Positions 15,387 to 24,685 of a DNA stretch of 33,188 nt are shown one piece after another. Position 1 is the stretch's first letter; the number at the start of each line of letters is the position of its first letter. The position numbers were made by a program, and so were the translations under genes. Below the pieces are notes generated by a model that saw only the letters and a program-made list of their open reading frames with translations, did no database searches and was not told where the DNA came from. Source of the stretch: an uncultured virus (IMG/VR IMGVR_UViG_3300014159_000004) (taxonomy: Duplodnaviria > Heunggongvirae > Uroviricota > Caudoviricetes); IMG/VR virus record IMGVR_UViG_3300014159_000004; one strand, 5' to 3'.

Positions 15387-16870
15387 CCGAGGCGCCGCGA
15401 TGCCGTAGCCACACGGGAAAGGAAGAAATACTCCGACGCCTCTACCCTAGCCGCGATCTCCGAGGCGCCGCGGTGCCGCAACCATCTGCAGAGCATGAGT
15501 GCTGTTCCGGCACCGGAGATCGGGCCGCGATCTCCGAGGCGTCGCGGTGCCGTAGTCACACCAGCCTGTGACCATGGAGCAGTAGTCGGCGTAGTCGCGA
15601 TCTTCGAGGCGCCGCGATGCCGCGATACCCGTCCGTCCTCGCGAGTTCAGTAGGTCGCGGTCTCACGAGGCTCCGCGATGCCATCATCAACCATCCAGGC
15701 CGCCACGGTGCGAGCAGGTCGCGGTCTCAGAGGCGTCGCGATGCCATAGCCACGGCACGGGCGCATCGGTCGTCCGTGTGGTTGATCAGGTCGCGATCTC
15801 CGAGGCGCCGCGATGCCGTAGCCACGAGAGCGAGGTCGACCACTTCGACTCGTGGCTCCAAGTCGCGATCTCCGAGGCGCCGCGATGCCATAGCCACCCG
15901 ATCGACGGGTACAAAACTCGCTCGTCCCACTTGGTCGCGATCTCCGAGGCGCCGCGATGCCGTAGCCACACGGGAAAGGAAGAAATCCTCCGACGCCTCT
16001 ACCCTAGCCGCGATCTAAGAGGCGCCGCGGTGCGGCAGCCATCTGCAGATCACGAATCAACTCACTCCCGGTCGCGATCTTATAGGCGCCGCGATGCCGT
16101 AACTACGGGCGCGCCTTGCAGGTCATGACCTGCATCATGCACCGAGCCGCGATCTCCGAGGCGCCGCGATGCCGTAGCCACTTCGCCGCGCTCGTCGAGA
16201 CGACGCTCGGCCGGAGCGTGTCGCGATCTCCGAGGCGCCGCGATGCCGTAGCCACAGGATCTGCACGCGCGCGCCACGACCCAGCGAAGTCGCGATCTCC
16301 GAGGCGCCCCCCGCGCACCCAAATAACCCGCACGCGCCCGTCATTCGTCGACTCTCCTCTTCGGTGGTGGTCTCTTCGGTAAGTTCTGCAGGACCGCCGG
16401 GTCGCGATCTCCGAGGCGCCGCGATGCCGTAGCCACTCGTCACCCATCGCATCAGCCACCTGATGCGCCGTGTCGCGATCTCCGAGGCGCCGCGATGCCG
16501 TAGCCACCGGCATTGCGATTGAAGCACGCGACCGACTACACGGTGTCGCGATCTCCGAGGCGCCGCGATGCCGTAGCCACGAGAGCGAGGTCGACCACTT
16601 CGATTCGTGGCTCCAAGTCGCGATCTCCGAGGCGCCGCGATGCCGTAGCCACGTCGTCGGGGGCATCAGGATGGCCAGCGAGGACGCGTCGCGATCTCCG
16701 AGGCGCCGCGATGCCGTAGCCACCGGATCTGCGGCTGGCCCGGCGACTGTTCGCTCACCGGGTCGCGATCTCCGAGGCGCCGCGATGCCGTAGCCACGTC
16801 GGGATACGACGGTCGACGTTGTGGCGATCAGATTGTCGCGATCTCCGAGGCGCCGCGATGCCGTAGCCAC
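15387..16870 (-). CRISPR. CRISPR array: 21 repeats (some degenerate or truncated) and 20 spacers; repeat GTGGCTACGGCATCGCGGCGCCTCGGAGATCGCGAC
   Basis: 36-bp repeat, mostly 33-39 nt spacers; perfect copies near the cas gene and degenerate copies distally, so transcribed on - from a leader at 16871-16968. Confidence 0.97.
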
Positions 16871-16968
16871 AGGTGGCCGAAAAACGTTCCGATTTTCAAA
16901 GACCTGCGCGGCCGCCTGCGAGCGCCGCCCCGATCGGGTAGCCGACCCGGGCGCGACCTGCCAGTTGA

Positions 16969-19026
16969 CTACTCTGCCGCCCGGCCGAACCCCTCGACGC
17001 GCCTCGACTTCTTCGCCCCGCGAGCGCCCCCACCCACGTTCACGCCGCCCGAGGGCTCGCCCGAGTGCCGGTCGTAGAGATGCTTGGCCGCGTTGAGGTC
17101 CTGGTCGTAGACCTGCCCGCACGCGAAGCAGGTGACCGGGATCTGCGGCAGCGGGTCAGACGACTCGCCGCCGCAGCCGTGGTGCTCGACCGTGATCCGC
17201 TCGCTCGGCGCCCGGTGCACGTTCGCCTCGCCGAACGCCGCCTCGAGCGCGTCTACCAGCTCGCTCACGCACGCGAGCACGCGGTTGCTGTTGCCGCGCA
17301 CCTCTTGCTCGGTGCGGGTGTCGGCCTCGGGGTCCGGCGTCTCGGCCGTCTCGGACTTGTTCCACTGCTCGATGACGACGCGCTCGTAGCGGGCGGCCAA
17401 GTCGCGCGCGTAGCACCGGTAGCGGTCTCTCCTCGACCGGCGCAGGCGCAGGTCGTTGTTCCTGGCCCAGTTGACGAGGTGCCGGTCCTTGGCCCGCCAC
17501 CAGTCGAGGTAGACCGCGAGCACCTGGTCCGCGCTCACGACCCCGCGCCCGGCGAGCCACGCCTTGATCTCGTCGAGCGGCCCGAACAGGTCCAGCTTCG
17601 GCGACCGCTCGAGTCGCCACGCCTTCCAGAGCGCGGGCACGTCGACCCCGCGCGCCTCGAGCCAATCTCTGCGCAGGTCCAGAGCCACCCGCGCGAGCCG
17701 ACCGTGGCTGCGCCAGGCGTGCACCGTGTCGAGCGACCAGGCGGCGACCTGCTCGGGCGAGAACAGGCTGCGCTCGCCCCCCTTGAACCAGCCGGCCAGA
17801 GCGTCCCTGACCGCGAGGAAGTGCTCGTCCGCGTACGACAAGAGGCGATCGGCGAGGTCCGACCCCTCGCGGAAGGATCGCGGCAGCACCAGCCGGTCCT
17901 CCGCGCGCGAGGCGCTGCCCGACCACGGCGTCGCGACCCGCAGGTCACCGTTCTTGAGCGCGCGCCAGCCGAGGTTCAGCGCGATGGTCCCGCGCGCCCC
18001 CGCGCTCTGCGCCCGCGCCCGGTCGACCGAGTCGCAGGTCAGCTGCAGCTCGTAGTGCCACACGAGGCCGACCCGCCGCGCGACGACGTACGCCCAGCGC
18101 ACCCGCGCCTCCGGGGCCATGTCCCGGTGCCACACGACCGGCAGGTGCAGCCACGTCGCCTGGTCGCCGCGCCCGGACAGGTGCAGGTGCACGACCGCGT
18201 ACCGGGTGCCGTTCGCGCGCGCGGTCATGTCCGCGGGGAACTCGACGCGGACCTGACCGACCGCGGCGCCGACGACGTCGTCGGCCGAGAGCCCGCCGCC
18301 CCGGACCTGCAGCCCCACGCGCTCGCACTCGAGCCGCGAGAACGGCGGGTCCCCGGCGCACTCAGCGAACGACTTCTCCGCGGCGGCCTCCACGGCGAGG
18401 TACGTCCCGACGGCGCACCCGCACTCGGCGCGAGCGCGCTTGGCGAGCGCCTCGTGCTCCATCTGCGACCGGGTCTTTGCCTTCCACGGCTCGCCGACGG
18501 CCGGGTCGGCGAGCGCACGCTCGCGCACCGCTGCCGTGATCGCCGCGAGCACGTGCGGGCCGATTGGCCCCGGGTCGGCGCCGCGCGCGAACCGGGCGAC
18601 CGCGCACGCGAAGCCCACGGCGGCCGTCACGGACTGCTTCGCCTCGCGGTACTTCTGATCGGCGGCGCCGAACACGTCGGCAGTCGTCCGGTCGCGCGCC
18701 TCGGCGTACGCCTTCCAGGCGCCCGACCGCGCTGCACTCAACCGGCGCACCTCGGCGGCGACCGGGTGCCGCGCGCGCTCCGCGCGCGGCACGCCCGACA
18801 AGAGCCGGCGCCCCTCGACGACCGCGCGGTCGGCCGCCGCGTAGGCGGCGTGGAGGTGCGCGAGCTCGGGCGACAGGGAGTTTCGGAGGTCGCGGTACGC
18901 CGCCCGGCGCGAGCGCTCGATCTCCACGAGGCGGTTTCGGTAGCGGTGCGCGGCGCGCACCTCGCGGTCGATGATCTGGCGCGCCTCGAGCGGCAGCGGA
19001 CCGATCCCCCACTTGTAGACCAGCAT
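16969..19026 (-). CDS. cas12m: Type V-M (V-U1/C2c4) Cas12m-like effector, RuvC-I Asp replaced by Asn
   Basis: AHRYRNRLVEIE N-terminus, long coiled coil, WLHLPVVWHR, RuvC-I TIALNLGWR, RuvC-II VVIE, H..C/C..C Zn finger, RuvC-III YDQDLNAA; abuts the array; GAGGAG RBS. Confidence 0.85.
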   Translation of the reverse strand: MLVYKWGIGPLPLEARQIIDREVRAAHRYRNRLVEIERSRRAAYRDLRNSLSPELAHLHAAYAAADRAVVEGRRLLSGVPRAERARHPVAAEVRRLSAARSGAWKAYAEARDRTTADVFGAADQKYREAKQSVTAAVGFACAVARFARGADPGPIGPHVLAAITAAVRERALADPAVGEPWKAKTRSQMEHEALAKRARAECGCAVGTYLAVEAAAEKSFAECAGDPPFSRLECERVGLQVRGGGLSADDVVGAAVGQVRVEFPADMTARANGTRYAVVHLHLSGRGDQATWLHLPVVWHRDMAPEARVRWAYVVARRVGLVWHYELQLTCDSVDRARAQSAGARGTIALNLGWRALKNGDLRVATPWSGSASRAEDRLVLPRSFREGSDLADRLLSYADEHFLAVRDALAGWFKGGERSLFSPEQVAAWSLDTVHAWRSHGRLARVALDLRRDWLEARGVDVPALWKAWRLERSPKLDLFGPLDEIKAWLAGRGVVSADQVLAVYLDWWRAKDRHLVNWARNNDLRLRRSRRDRYRCYARDLAARYERVVIEQWNKSETAETPDPEADTRTEQEVRGNSNRVLACVSELVDALEAAFGEANVHRAPSERITVEHHGCGGESSDPLPQIPVTCFACGQVYDQDLNAAKHLYDRHSGEPSGGVNVGGGARGAKKSRRVEGFGRAAE

Positions 19027-19047
19027 TCTAGCGTTCTCCTCTCGAGG

Positions 19048-19218
19048 TCACTTGATGAGGTCCTCTCGCTTCAACTTCCTGAGCGCGCTGCGCAGGCGTT
19101 CCTTGGAGTGGTCGCTCAAGAGCACGGAGATCCCGTGCTCGAGAGCGCGCTTGACGGTGCGCGGGTCGAGCTGGGCCTCCAGCGCGATCCGCATGAGTGT
19201 GGGTCGGTCGACTTCCAT
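19048..19218 (-). CDS. Small HTH-like protein (56 aa), not in ORF track
   Basis: MEVDRPTLMRIALEAQLDPRTVKRALEHG...; AGGAAGG RBS. Confidence 0.6.
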   Translation of the reverse strand: MEVDRPTLMRIALEAQLDPRTVKRALEHGISVLLSDHSKERLRSALRKLKREDLIK

Positions 19219-19254
19219 CTTTGCGCCTTCCTGGTCGGGGTCCCGCCCCGCAGT

Positions 19255-19662
19255 CTACTCGTCGAGCTCGTCGATCTGGCGCCGCAGCTCCTTCTCCGAG
19301 AGGTTGGAGAGTTTCCCGTCCTGCTTCTCGGCGAGGATCGCGAGCAGCTTCTCCTTCCTGACCTTCCTGTCCGCCCGCCTCTTCGCGTCCTCCTCCTCGG
19401 CGAGCCTCGCGTCGATGACGCACTTGACGATCTCCAGCGCGGTCTCGCGCCGGTCGTGCTCCGGCGTCCGAGCGGTCTCTACGAAGCTCTCCTCGGCGAG
19501 GTCCTTCCACGCCTTGTTGGCGGCCTTCGCGACGGCGTTGAGGTTGAAGTCGTCTTTCGACCGCAGGGGGACGTCCCAGAGCTGCTCGGTGGAGAGTTCC
19601 CCCCTGACGGACTGGAACCGGAGCTTGTTGCGGGTGGCGTACGCGAAGATGTCGGTGACCAT
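19255..19662 (-). CDS. Phage-type coiled-coil hypothetical protein
   Basis: IFAYATRNKLRF.S.RG.LS.EQLWD.PL...EESF...LLAILAEKQD; GAGGAG RBS. Confidence 0.8.
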   Translation of the reverse strand: MVTDIFAYATRNKLRFQSVRGELSTEQLWDVPLRSKDDFNLNAVAKAANKAWKDLAEESFVETARTPEHDRRETALEIVKCVIDARLAEEEDAKRRADRKVRKEKLLAILAEKQDGKLSNLSEKELRRQIDELDE

Positions 19663-19682
19663 GGTCTCACTCCTCTGCCGGC

Positions 19683-21752
19683 TCACGCGCCGACCTTGAT
19701 GTTGAACACTCGCTGCTTTCGGCCCTGGTGGACCCGGACGATGAACGACTCGCGCTTGGTCGACGAGAAGCCGAGCCCCGAGAGCTGCCCCTCGGTGGGG
19801 GCGCACTTGGTCTTGTCGCCGATGACCTCGAAGACTTTGCGGTGCGGCTCGAGGCGCGGGTGCAAGAACTCGTTATAGAAGCCGCGCGTCGGCTCGTCGT
19901 TCTTGCACCCGTCGATGAGGAAGAACGTGTGCTTGTTGCCGACCGCGCTATCGCCCCAGTAGTTCGGACTCAACATGACCGCGCTGACCTTCACGTACTG
20001 CTCGGTCGTGAGACCCCACTTCTCCTGCGAGATGTTGGCGGCGGTGATGCCCGGGTCGCCGACCTCGACCTTCTCGACGACGCCACCGCGCACGTGGAGG
20101 GTCACGACGGCGACGTCCTGTTGACCGCGAACGCCCTTGTTGTACGAGAAGTGCGAGAGCTTGCCGCCACTTTCTACTTCGACGACGAACCCCGGGTTGC
20201 TCGTCTCGCGCTGCGTGAAGTTGTTGACGACGACGCGGTACGCGCCGTCCGGAGGCGGCGCCGACCACACGACGTTCTCGACGGCCTCGCGGGTCGTGCC
20301 GTGGCCCGCGTTCATGTCGACGTCGAGCGTGCCGCCCGTCCACCCGCGCTTGTTGCGGAAGTAGATGTGGTCCTCGAACGCGTGGCGCCCGCGCCCCGGC
20401 GGCTCGTGCACGTGCAGGTCGAGGTCGTCGAAGTTGAACCAGGAGAGCGACACGCGCAGCGCCGCGCCCTCCACCTTGCCGCCGGCCTTCTTCACGCGCT
20501 CCTTGATGCTGTCCGCGACGTTGCCGCCGTAGGACCACGCGAAGTCGTTGTCCCACCGGAAGAGCTGCTTCGGCTCCGGGTGCACGGGAGCCGTCAGTGA
20601 CACCAGGTTGCCGACGTGCTCGCTCTTGAAAAACAGCTCAAGGCTCGTCGTCTCGGGCAGCACCCTCGCCACGAAATCGTCGATCCCGATCGGCTCCGCG
20701 CGCTCCGCGTCGTGCTCTGCGCTCCGGCTCACCGCGGTCGCGTGCTGCATGAGCACATCCCCGATGCCGCCCTTCATCAGCGGCTTGACGGTCCCGTCGA
20801 CCCACTTCACGTCGTTGACGGACACGTCGCTGATGACGGCGAACCGCCGCTCGAGGGCGGACTCGAGGCCGAGCACCTCGATCGTCTCCATCGCCTTCTT
20901 CACCATGCCGGGCGTGATGATGGCGGTCGTGCGCTTGTAGTTCTGCGGCGCGACCTTCGTCTCGAAGGCGCGCACCGCTTGCTCGACGTCCTGGCCACCG
21001 GACAGGTCCTGCACGAGCGTGCCGATCACGGTGTTGCGGAAGCGCGCAGCGGGGTGACCCGCGTTCGCCCACGCGAAGAGGGAGCGCCCGCGACCCTCGC
21101 TCCTCGAGAGGTACGCGCGCTGCGCGGCCATGAAATTCACGATCGCGAACTTGTGCTCCTCGCCGCGATAGAGCGCGCCAGCCTCCACGAGCGAGAGCGC
21201 GGTCTCCACCGCGCTCGGGGTCAGCTCGACCAGCCCGCGCTCGAAGACCTGCACCGTCGTGCGGTAGTCGCCGCGCACCTGGTCGGGCGTCTCCGACCGC
21301 AATTTTCTCGGGATCTCCCCCGTGTAGAGGTGCTGCCACGTGAGAGCGCGGCCGGTCTCCCTGTCGAGCGACCGCGACAGGGCCGCGCCGAAGCTCACCT
21401 CCCTCTCGCCCACGCGAAAGAGGTCGCAGACGCTCGCGGCGCGCACGACGTCCTGCAGATACGTCGCCACCACCTGGTAGACGCCCATCCCCTCCACGGC
21501 GGCCCGGTCCCAGACCGTGTTCAGCACGCCGTCGTCGCCGATGGTCACGACAGCGCCGGCCCGGCGAATGAAGTGCCGGCAGCAGCGGCAGTCGTGCTCG
21601 GTCGACTTCTTGAAGATCGAGTCGGCGCCGGCGGGAAACGCCGCGATGTACTCCTCGTACAGCGAGCCGACGTCCGCGACGAAGACGTCCTGGGACTTCG
21701 TCAGCTGCTGGAATGACTCCGCGACCGTCCTAGCGAACACTGAGAAATCCAT
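19683..21752 (-). CDS. Large phage-type protein with YfaP/DUF2135-like domain
   Basis: HDCRCCRHF; LRVSLSWFNFDDLDLH...LDVDMNAG...AVENVVW; LSGLGFSST. Confidence 0.8.
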   Translation of the reverse strand: MDFSVFARTVAESFQQLTKSQDVFVADVGSLYEEYIAAFPAGADSIFKKSTEHDCRCCRHFIRRAGAVVTIGDDGVLNTVWDRAAVEGMGVYQVVATYLQDVVRAASVCDLFRVGEREVSFGAALSRSLDRETGRALTWQHLYTGEIPRKLRSETPDQVRGDYRTTVQVFERGLVELTPSAVETALSLVEAGALYRGEEHKFAIVNFMAAQRAYLSRSEGRGRSLFAWANAGHPAARFRNTVIGTLVQDLSGGQDVEQAVRAFETKVAPQNYKRTTAIITPGMVKKAMETIEVLGLESALERRFAVISDVSVNDVKWVDGTVKPLMKGGIGDVLMQHATAVSRSAEHDAERAEPIGIDDFVARVLPETTSLELFFKSEHVGNLVSLTAPVHPEPKQLFRWDNDFAWSYGGNVADSIKERVKKAGGKVEGAALRVSLSWFNFDDLDLHVHEPPGRGRHAFEDHIYFRNKRGWTGGTLDVDMNAGHGTTREAVENVVWSAPPPDGAYRVVVNNFTQRETSNPGFVVEVESGGKLSHFSYNKGVRGQQDVAVVTLHVRGGVVEKVEVGDPGITAANISQEKWGLTTEQYVKVSAVMLSPNYWGDSAVGNKHTFFLIDGCKNDEPTRGFYNEFLHPRLEPHRKVFEVIGDKTKCAPTEGQLSGLGFSSTKRESFIVRVHQGRKQRVFNIKVGA

Positions 21753-21784
21753 CGCCGCCCTCACTCAGGTCAAAATGACGCCCC

Positions 21785-21808
21785 GCACTCGGCGGACCCG
21801 CCGAGTGC
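21785..21808. other. Strong hairpin between tRNA-Arg and the downstream gene
   Basis: GCACTCGGCG-GACC-CGCCGAGTGC; no clear U-tract. Confidence 0.5.
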
Positions 21809-21831
21809 CACGACTCTGTCGCTCCCAAGAA

Positions 21832-21907
21832 GGACCCTGCGGCACGACTCGAACGTGCGGCCCCCGGTTCCGTAGACCGGTGCTCTTCCAACTGAGCTAC
21901 GAGGGTC
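21832..21907 (-). tRNA. tRNA-Arg(ACG), stand-alone
   Basis: Canonical TAGCTCAGTTGGA D-arm; ccggt-CTACGGA-accgg. Confidence 0.88.
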
Positions 21908-21913
21908 GAGCGG

Positions 21914-21942
21914 ATGATGCACTCTGCTGCAGGCTGAGTCAA
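21914..21942 (-). promoter_or_regulatory. Candidate sigma70 promoter
   Basis: TTGACT-N17-CATCAT on - strand, 6 nt before the tRNA. Confidence 0.55.
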
Positions 21943-22029
21943 GCGCTCGCGTACGATTTTTCTCCGCGCGAACCTCCCACGGCTCTTACCGCGCCCACTA
22001 GGCCGCCGAAACCGGCTACGCTGCCGACC

Positions 22030-23742
22030 ATGGCGAACCAGATCACCCTGGCCTTTTCCGTCGCGACCGCGAGCACCATCTACACGCCCGCGCAGGCCGC
22101 CGCCAAGCTGAGCGCGGTCCCGCTCTTCGCGTCGGTCGGCAACGACCCGGTGCTCGGGCAAGCGCTCGGGCTCACCGTCGTCGACGACATCGTCTCCGAC
22201 GGCGGCGTGACGTACACGGGCGAGGCGGGCGGGCCGTTTCTGCCGGGCGAGACGGTCACCGACTCGCCGAGCGGCGGGACAGCCACGGTCGCCCTCGACT
22301 TGGACGGGGTGCTCTACTTCGAGCTCGGCACGGCCGTCGGCACCTTCGCGCACGGCGACACGATCACGGGCAGCACGTCCGGCGCGACGGCGACCGTGAA
22401 CAACGCGGCCGCCCTCGGCGGGCCGACGCCAACGACGCCGGGAGCGACGCGCGTGCTCGTGCTCAACATGACGGCCCTGACCTCCCCGTACGCCCCGCCG
22501 CCGTCGCCGTGCCGGCCGACCGGCCCGGTCGACCCGCCGCCGGACGCCCCGCCGCAGCTGCCGTACACGCTCACGCAGACGACGATCAACCGCTACACGC
22601 AGCTGCCGGTGACGACCCCGGCGCCCGCGCAGTACGTCGCCTTCTACTCGTCCTCCGAGCTCGACACCGACGGCGTCTCGACGACCCCGGCGATCCCGGC
22701 CGGCGCGGGCGCGCAGATCATGGCGCTCGAGTATTACGACTCGACCGGCGCCGGCCCCTTCGCGGTCTTCGCGAAGCTGATGGGCAAGTTCCCGGCGCCG
22801 GTCACGCTCGCCGGCGGCAGCGTCGACGTCGCGCAGGTGACCCAGTGCTTCATCGAGCAGGTCGGCGCGTTCGGCAACTCCGTCGGCCAGATCACCCTCT
22901 GCGCGCTCGAGGCCCCCCTGCCGGCCATCCCCGCCACCGCCACGCCCGAGGACTTCCCGGCGCTCACCGACGCCGCACAACTGACGATCGCCCGGCCGCT
23001 CGTCTACATGCCCCCCAGCTACTTCGCGCTCGCGCAGCAGCAGAACAGCGCGCCGCAGCTCGCCGGCGACTTCGTCGTCGAGCGGGGGTCGCCGACCGTG
23101 CTGACGCCGGTCAGTCAGCTCAGTGTCCTGGCGGCGACCAACGTCCTGGAGTTCGCCTCCCAGCCCGGGGTGCAGTACGAGATCGCGTCGGTCAGCGCGA
23201 CGTTCGTGAAGCTCACGACGCCGTACACGGGCCTGTCGCACGCAGAACTCGCGCCGGCCGCGGAGGACCCGAGCCCGGCGCAGTCCGTGAGCGACCGGAC
23301 CGACGGGGTCGTGACCTCGGCGGTCCTCGTGTCCCCCTCGCAGGCGGCGCCGCCGGACGACGCGCACCTCTTGACCCCCCTCAGCGAGTTCACGCTGCCG
23401 CAGTCGACGGTGCCGGCGCTGACGTACTCTGCCGAGAGCGGCCCGTTCACGCCGACCGAGACCGCGGTGGGGCAGAAGAGCGGCGGCACGGCCACCGTGC
23501 TCTACGACGACCAGGGCGCCGACGCGTCCGGGACGCTCGCCTTCGCCTCGGGCTCGCTCAAGAGCGGGTTCATGCGGGGCGAGACGGTCGTCGGCAAGAC
23601 GTCCGGCGCGACCGCGACTGTGGTCAACCCGAGGACGCTGGCGAGCAACCCGCAGCCGGCGAACCTGAGCGGTCTCTACGCCCGCACGCTGTCGCTCGTG
23701 CTCGGCGCCCCGGTCGTCGCGCAACCGATCACGCTGATCTGA
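22030..23742 (+). CDS. Putative virion structural protein with repeated F..G(E/D)T(V/I).G..SG(A/G)TATV modules
   Basis: Four copies of the motif in two pairs; Ala/Thr/Pro/Val-rich. Confidence 0.7.
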   Translation: MANQITLAFSVATASTIYTPAQAAAKLSAVPLFASVGNDPVLGQALGLTVVDDIVSDGGVTYTGEAGGPFLPGETVTDSPSGGTATVALDLDGVLYFELGTAVGTFAHGDTITGSTSGATATVNNAAALGGPTPTTPGATRVLVLNMTALTSPYAPPPSPCRPTGPVDPPPDAPPQLPYTLTQTTINRYTQLPVTTPAPAQYVAFYSSSELDTDGVSTTPAIPAGAGAQIMALEYYDSTGAGPFAVFAKLMGKFPAPVTLAGGSVDVAQVTQCFIEQVGAFGNSVGQITLCALEAPLPAIPATATPEDFPALTDAAQLTIARPLVYMPPSYFALAQQQNSAPQLAGDFVVERGSPTVLTPVSQLSVLAATNVLEFASQPGVQYEIASVSATFVKLTTPYTGLSHAELAPAAEDPSPAQSVSDRTDGVVTSAVLVSPSQAAPPDDAHLLTPLSEFTLPQSTVPALTYSAESGPFTPTETAVGQKSGGTATVLYDDQGADASGTLAFASGSLKSGFMRGETVVGKTSGATATVVNPRTLASNPQPANLSGLYARTLSLVLGAPVVAQPITLI

Positions 23743-23748
23743 CCGGGG

Positions 23749-23967
23749 TCACCCGCCGCCGTACGGCTTGCCGTTCGGCAGGATCTGCCGGACCTCGAAC
23801 GTGAGGCCCCTGCTAAGGGCCCGCTGCTCGGCCAGGTCGGGGTCGATCTCGGGCCCGTAGACGACCCTGTACCGCCGGATCTGCCCGGCGAGGTTGGTCA
23901 GCCACTGGGAGGTCTCCCGGCACCAGATCCCGTACGGGCCGCGGTTCGTCGGTGCGTCGTCGCTCAC
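23749..23967 (-). CDS. Hypothetical protein
   Basis: GTG-start ORF with codon usage like neighbours. Confidence 0.45.
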   Translation of the reverse strand: MSDDAPTNRGPYGIWCRETSQWLTNLAGQIRRYRVVYGPEIDPDLAEQRALSRGLTFEVRQILPNGKPYGGG

Positions 23968-23981
23968 TTCAGGCGCGCGCC

Positions 23982-24470
23982 TCAGTGCAGGGTGGGCGGG
24001 TGCAGCGAGAGCCACATCCACGTGGCTGTGAACGCCCCCGCGAAGGCCCCGAGCGTCGCGCCCACGAGCAGCGTGACCAGGCGCGACGCGGAGGGCACGA
24101 CGGCCAGGATGGCGCGCGCCGTCAGCATCTTCACGGCCGACTCGCTCAGGCGCGTCGCGATCTCCATGAGCCTCTTTCTCTCCTCGCCGATCTCGGCGAG
24201 CTTCGCGGCCCACTCCCTGTCGTTGTTCTCGACGCGAGCGGCCAGGGTCTCGATGACGGCGATCTCGTGCGTCTGCCGCGCGTGGATCATCTCGAGCGTG
24301 ACCGGCAGCTCCGGGAGCGTCTCGGCGTCGTGCAGGTCGTCGTGCGGGAGCCGGCGCGGCGTCGCGGCTGGGTCCGGGATGACGGGCCTCGGCGGGGCCG
24401 CCGGGACCGACAGCGGGAGCGGTGGCGGCAGTCCGGCGACCTTGTCGTCTCTGTCGCTACCTCCGGTCAT
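23982..24470 (-). CDS. Coiled-coil protein with C-terminal TM segment
   Basis: LVTLLVGATLGAFAGAFTATWMWL. Confidence 0.6.
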   Translation of the reverse strand: MTGGSDRDDKVAGLPPPLPLSVPAAPPRPVIPDPAATPRRLPHDDLHDAETLPELPVTLEMIHARQTHEIAVIETLAARVENNDREWAAKLAEIGEERKRLMEIATRLSESAVKMLTARAILAVVPSASRLVTLLVGATLGAFAGAFTATWMWLSLHPPTLH

Positions 24471-24685
24471 CGCTCGACGACCCACCCTAGCCGAGACGGC
24501 CCGCGTCGCGCCGGCGAATTTTGTCCCAGATGGGCGAAAATTCGCCCGGTCGGGCGGCCGGCGCGCGGGAAGTCACGCGATCGGCCCTGGAGAAGTGGCG
24601 ACTGGGTCACCGTCGACTCGACCGCTGCGGACACGTCCCAAGACTATGCTGAGCCCCGACCGACCGGCAAGGACTCTTCGCGCGC

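Noticed and set aside
16724..16761. Spacer resembling the reverse complement of 32234-32249
   Set aside because: Only 14/16 nt in GC-rich sequence and the rest does not match; likely chance. No other self-matches were seen by eye.
16871..16968. tracrRNA or anti-repeat near the cas gene
   Set aside because: No convincing repeat-complementary stretch seen; treated as leader, consistent with tracr-independent Cas12m.
15617..17122. ORFs crossing the CRISPR array
   Set aside because: Translations of repeats (WLRHRGASEIAT, SRSPRRRDAVAT).
17065..19878. 937-aa + strand ORF and similar long ORFs (29-1351, 132-1433, 21730-23724, 20616-21716)
   Set aside because: Shadow frames of real high-GC genes; Arg/Pro-rich with no motifs.
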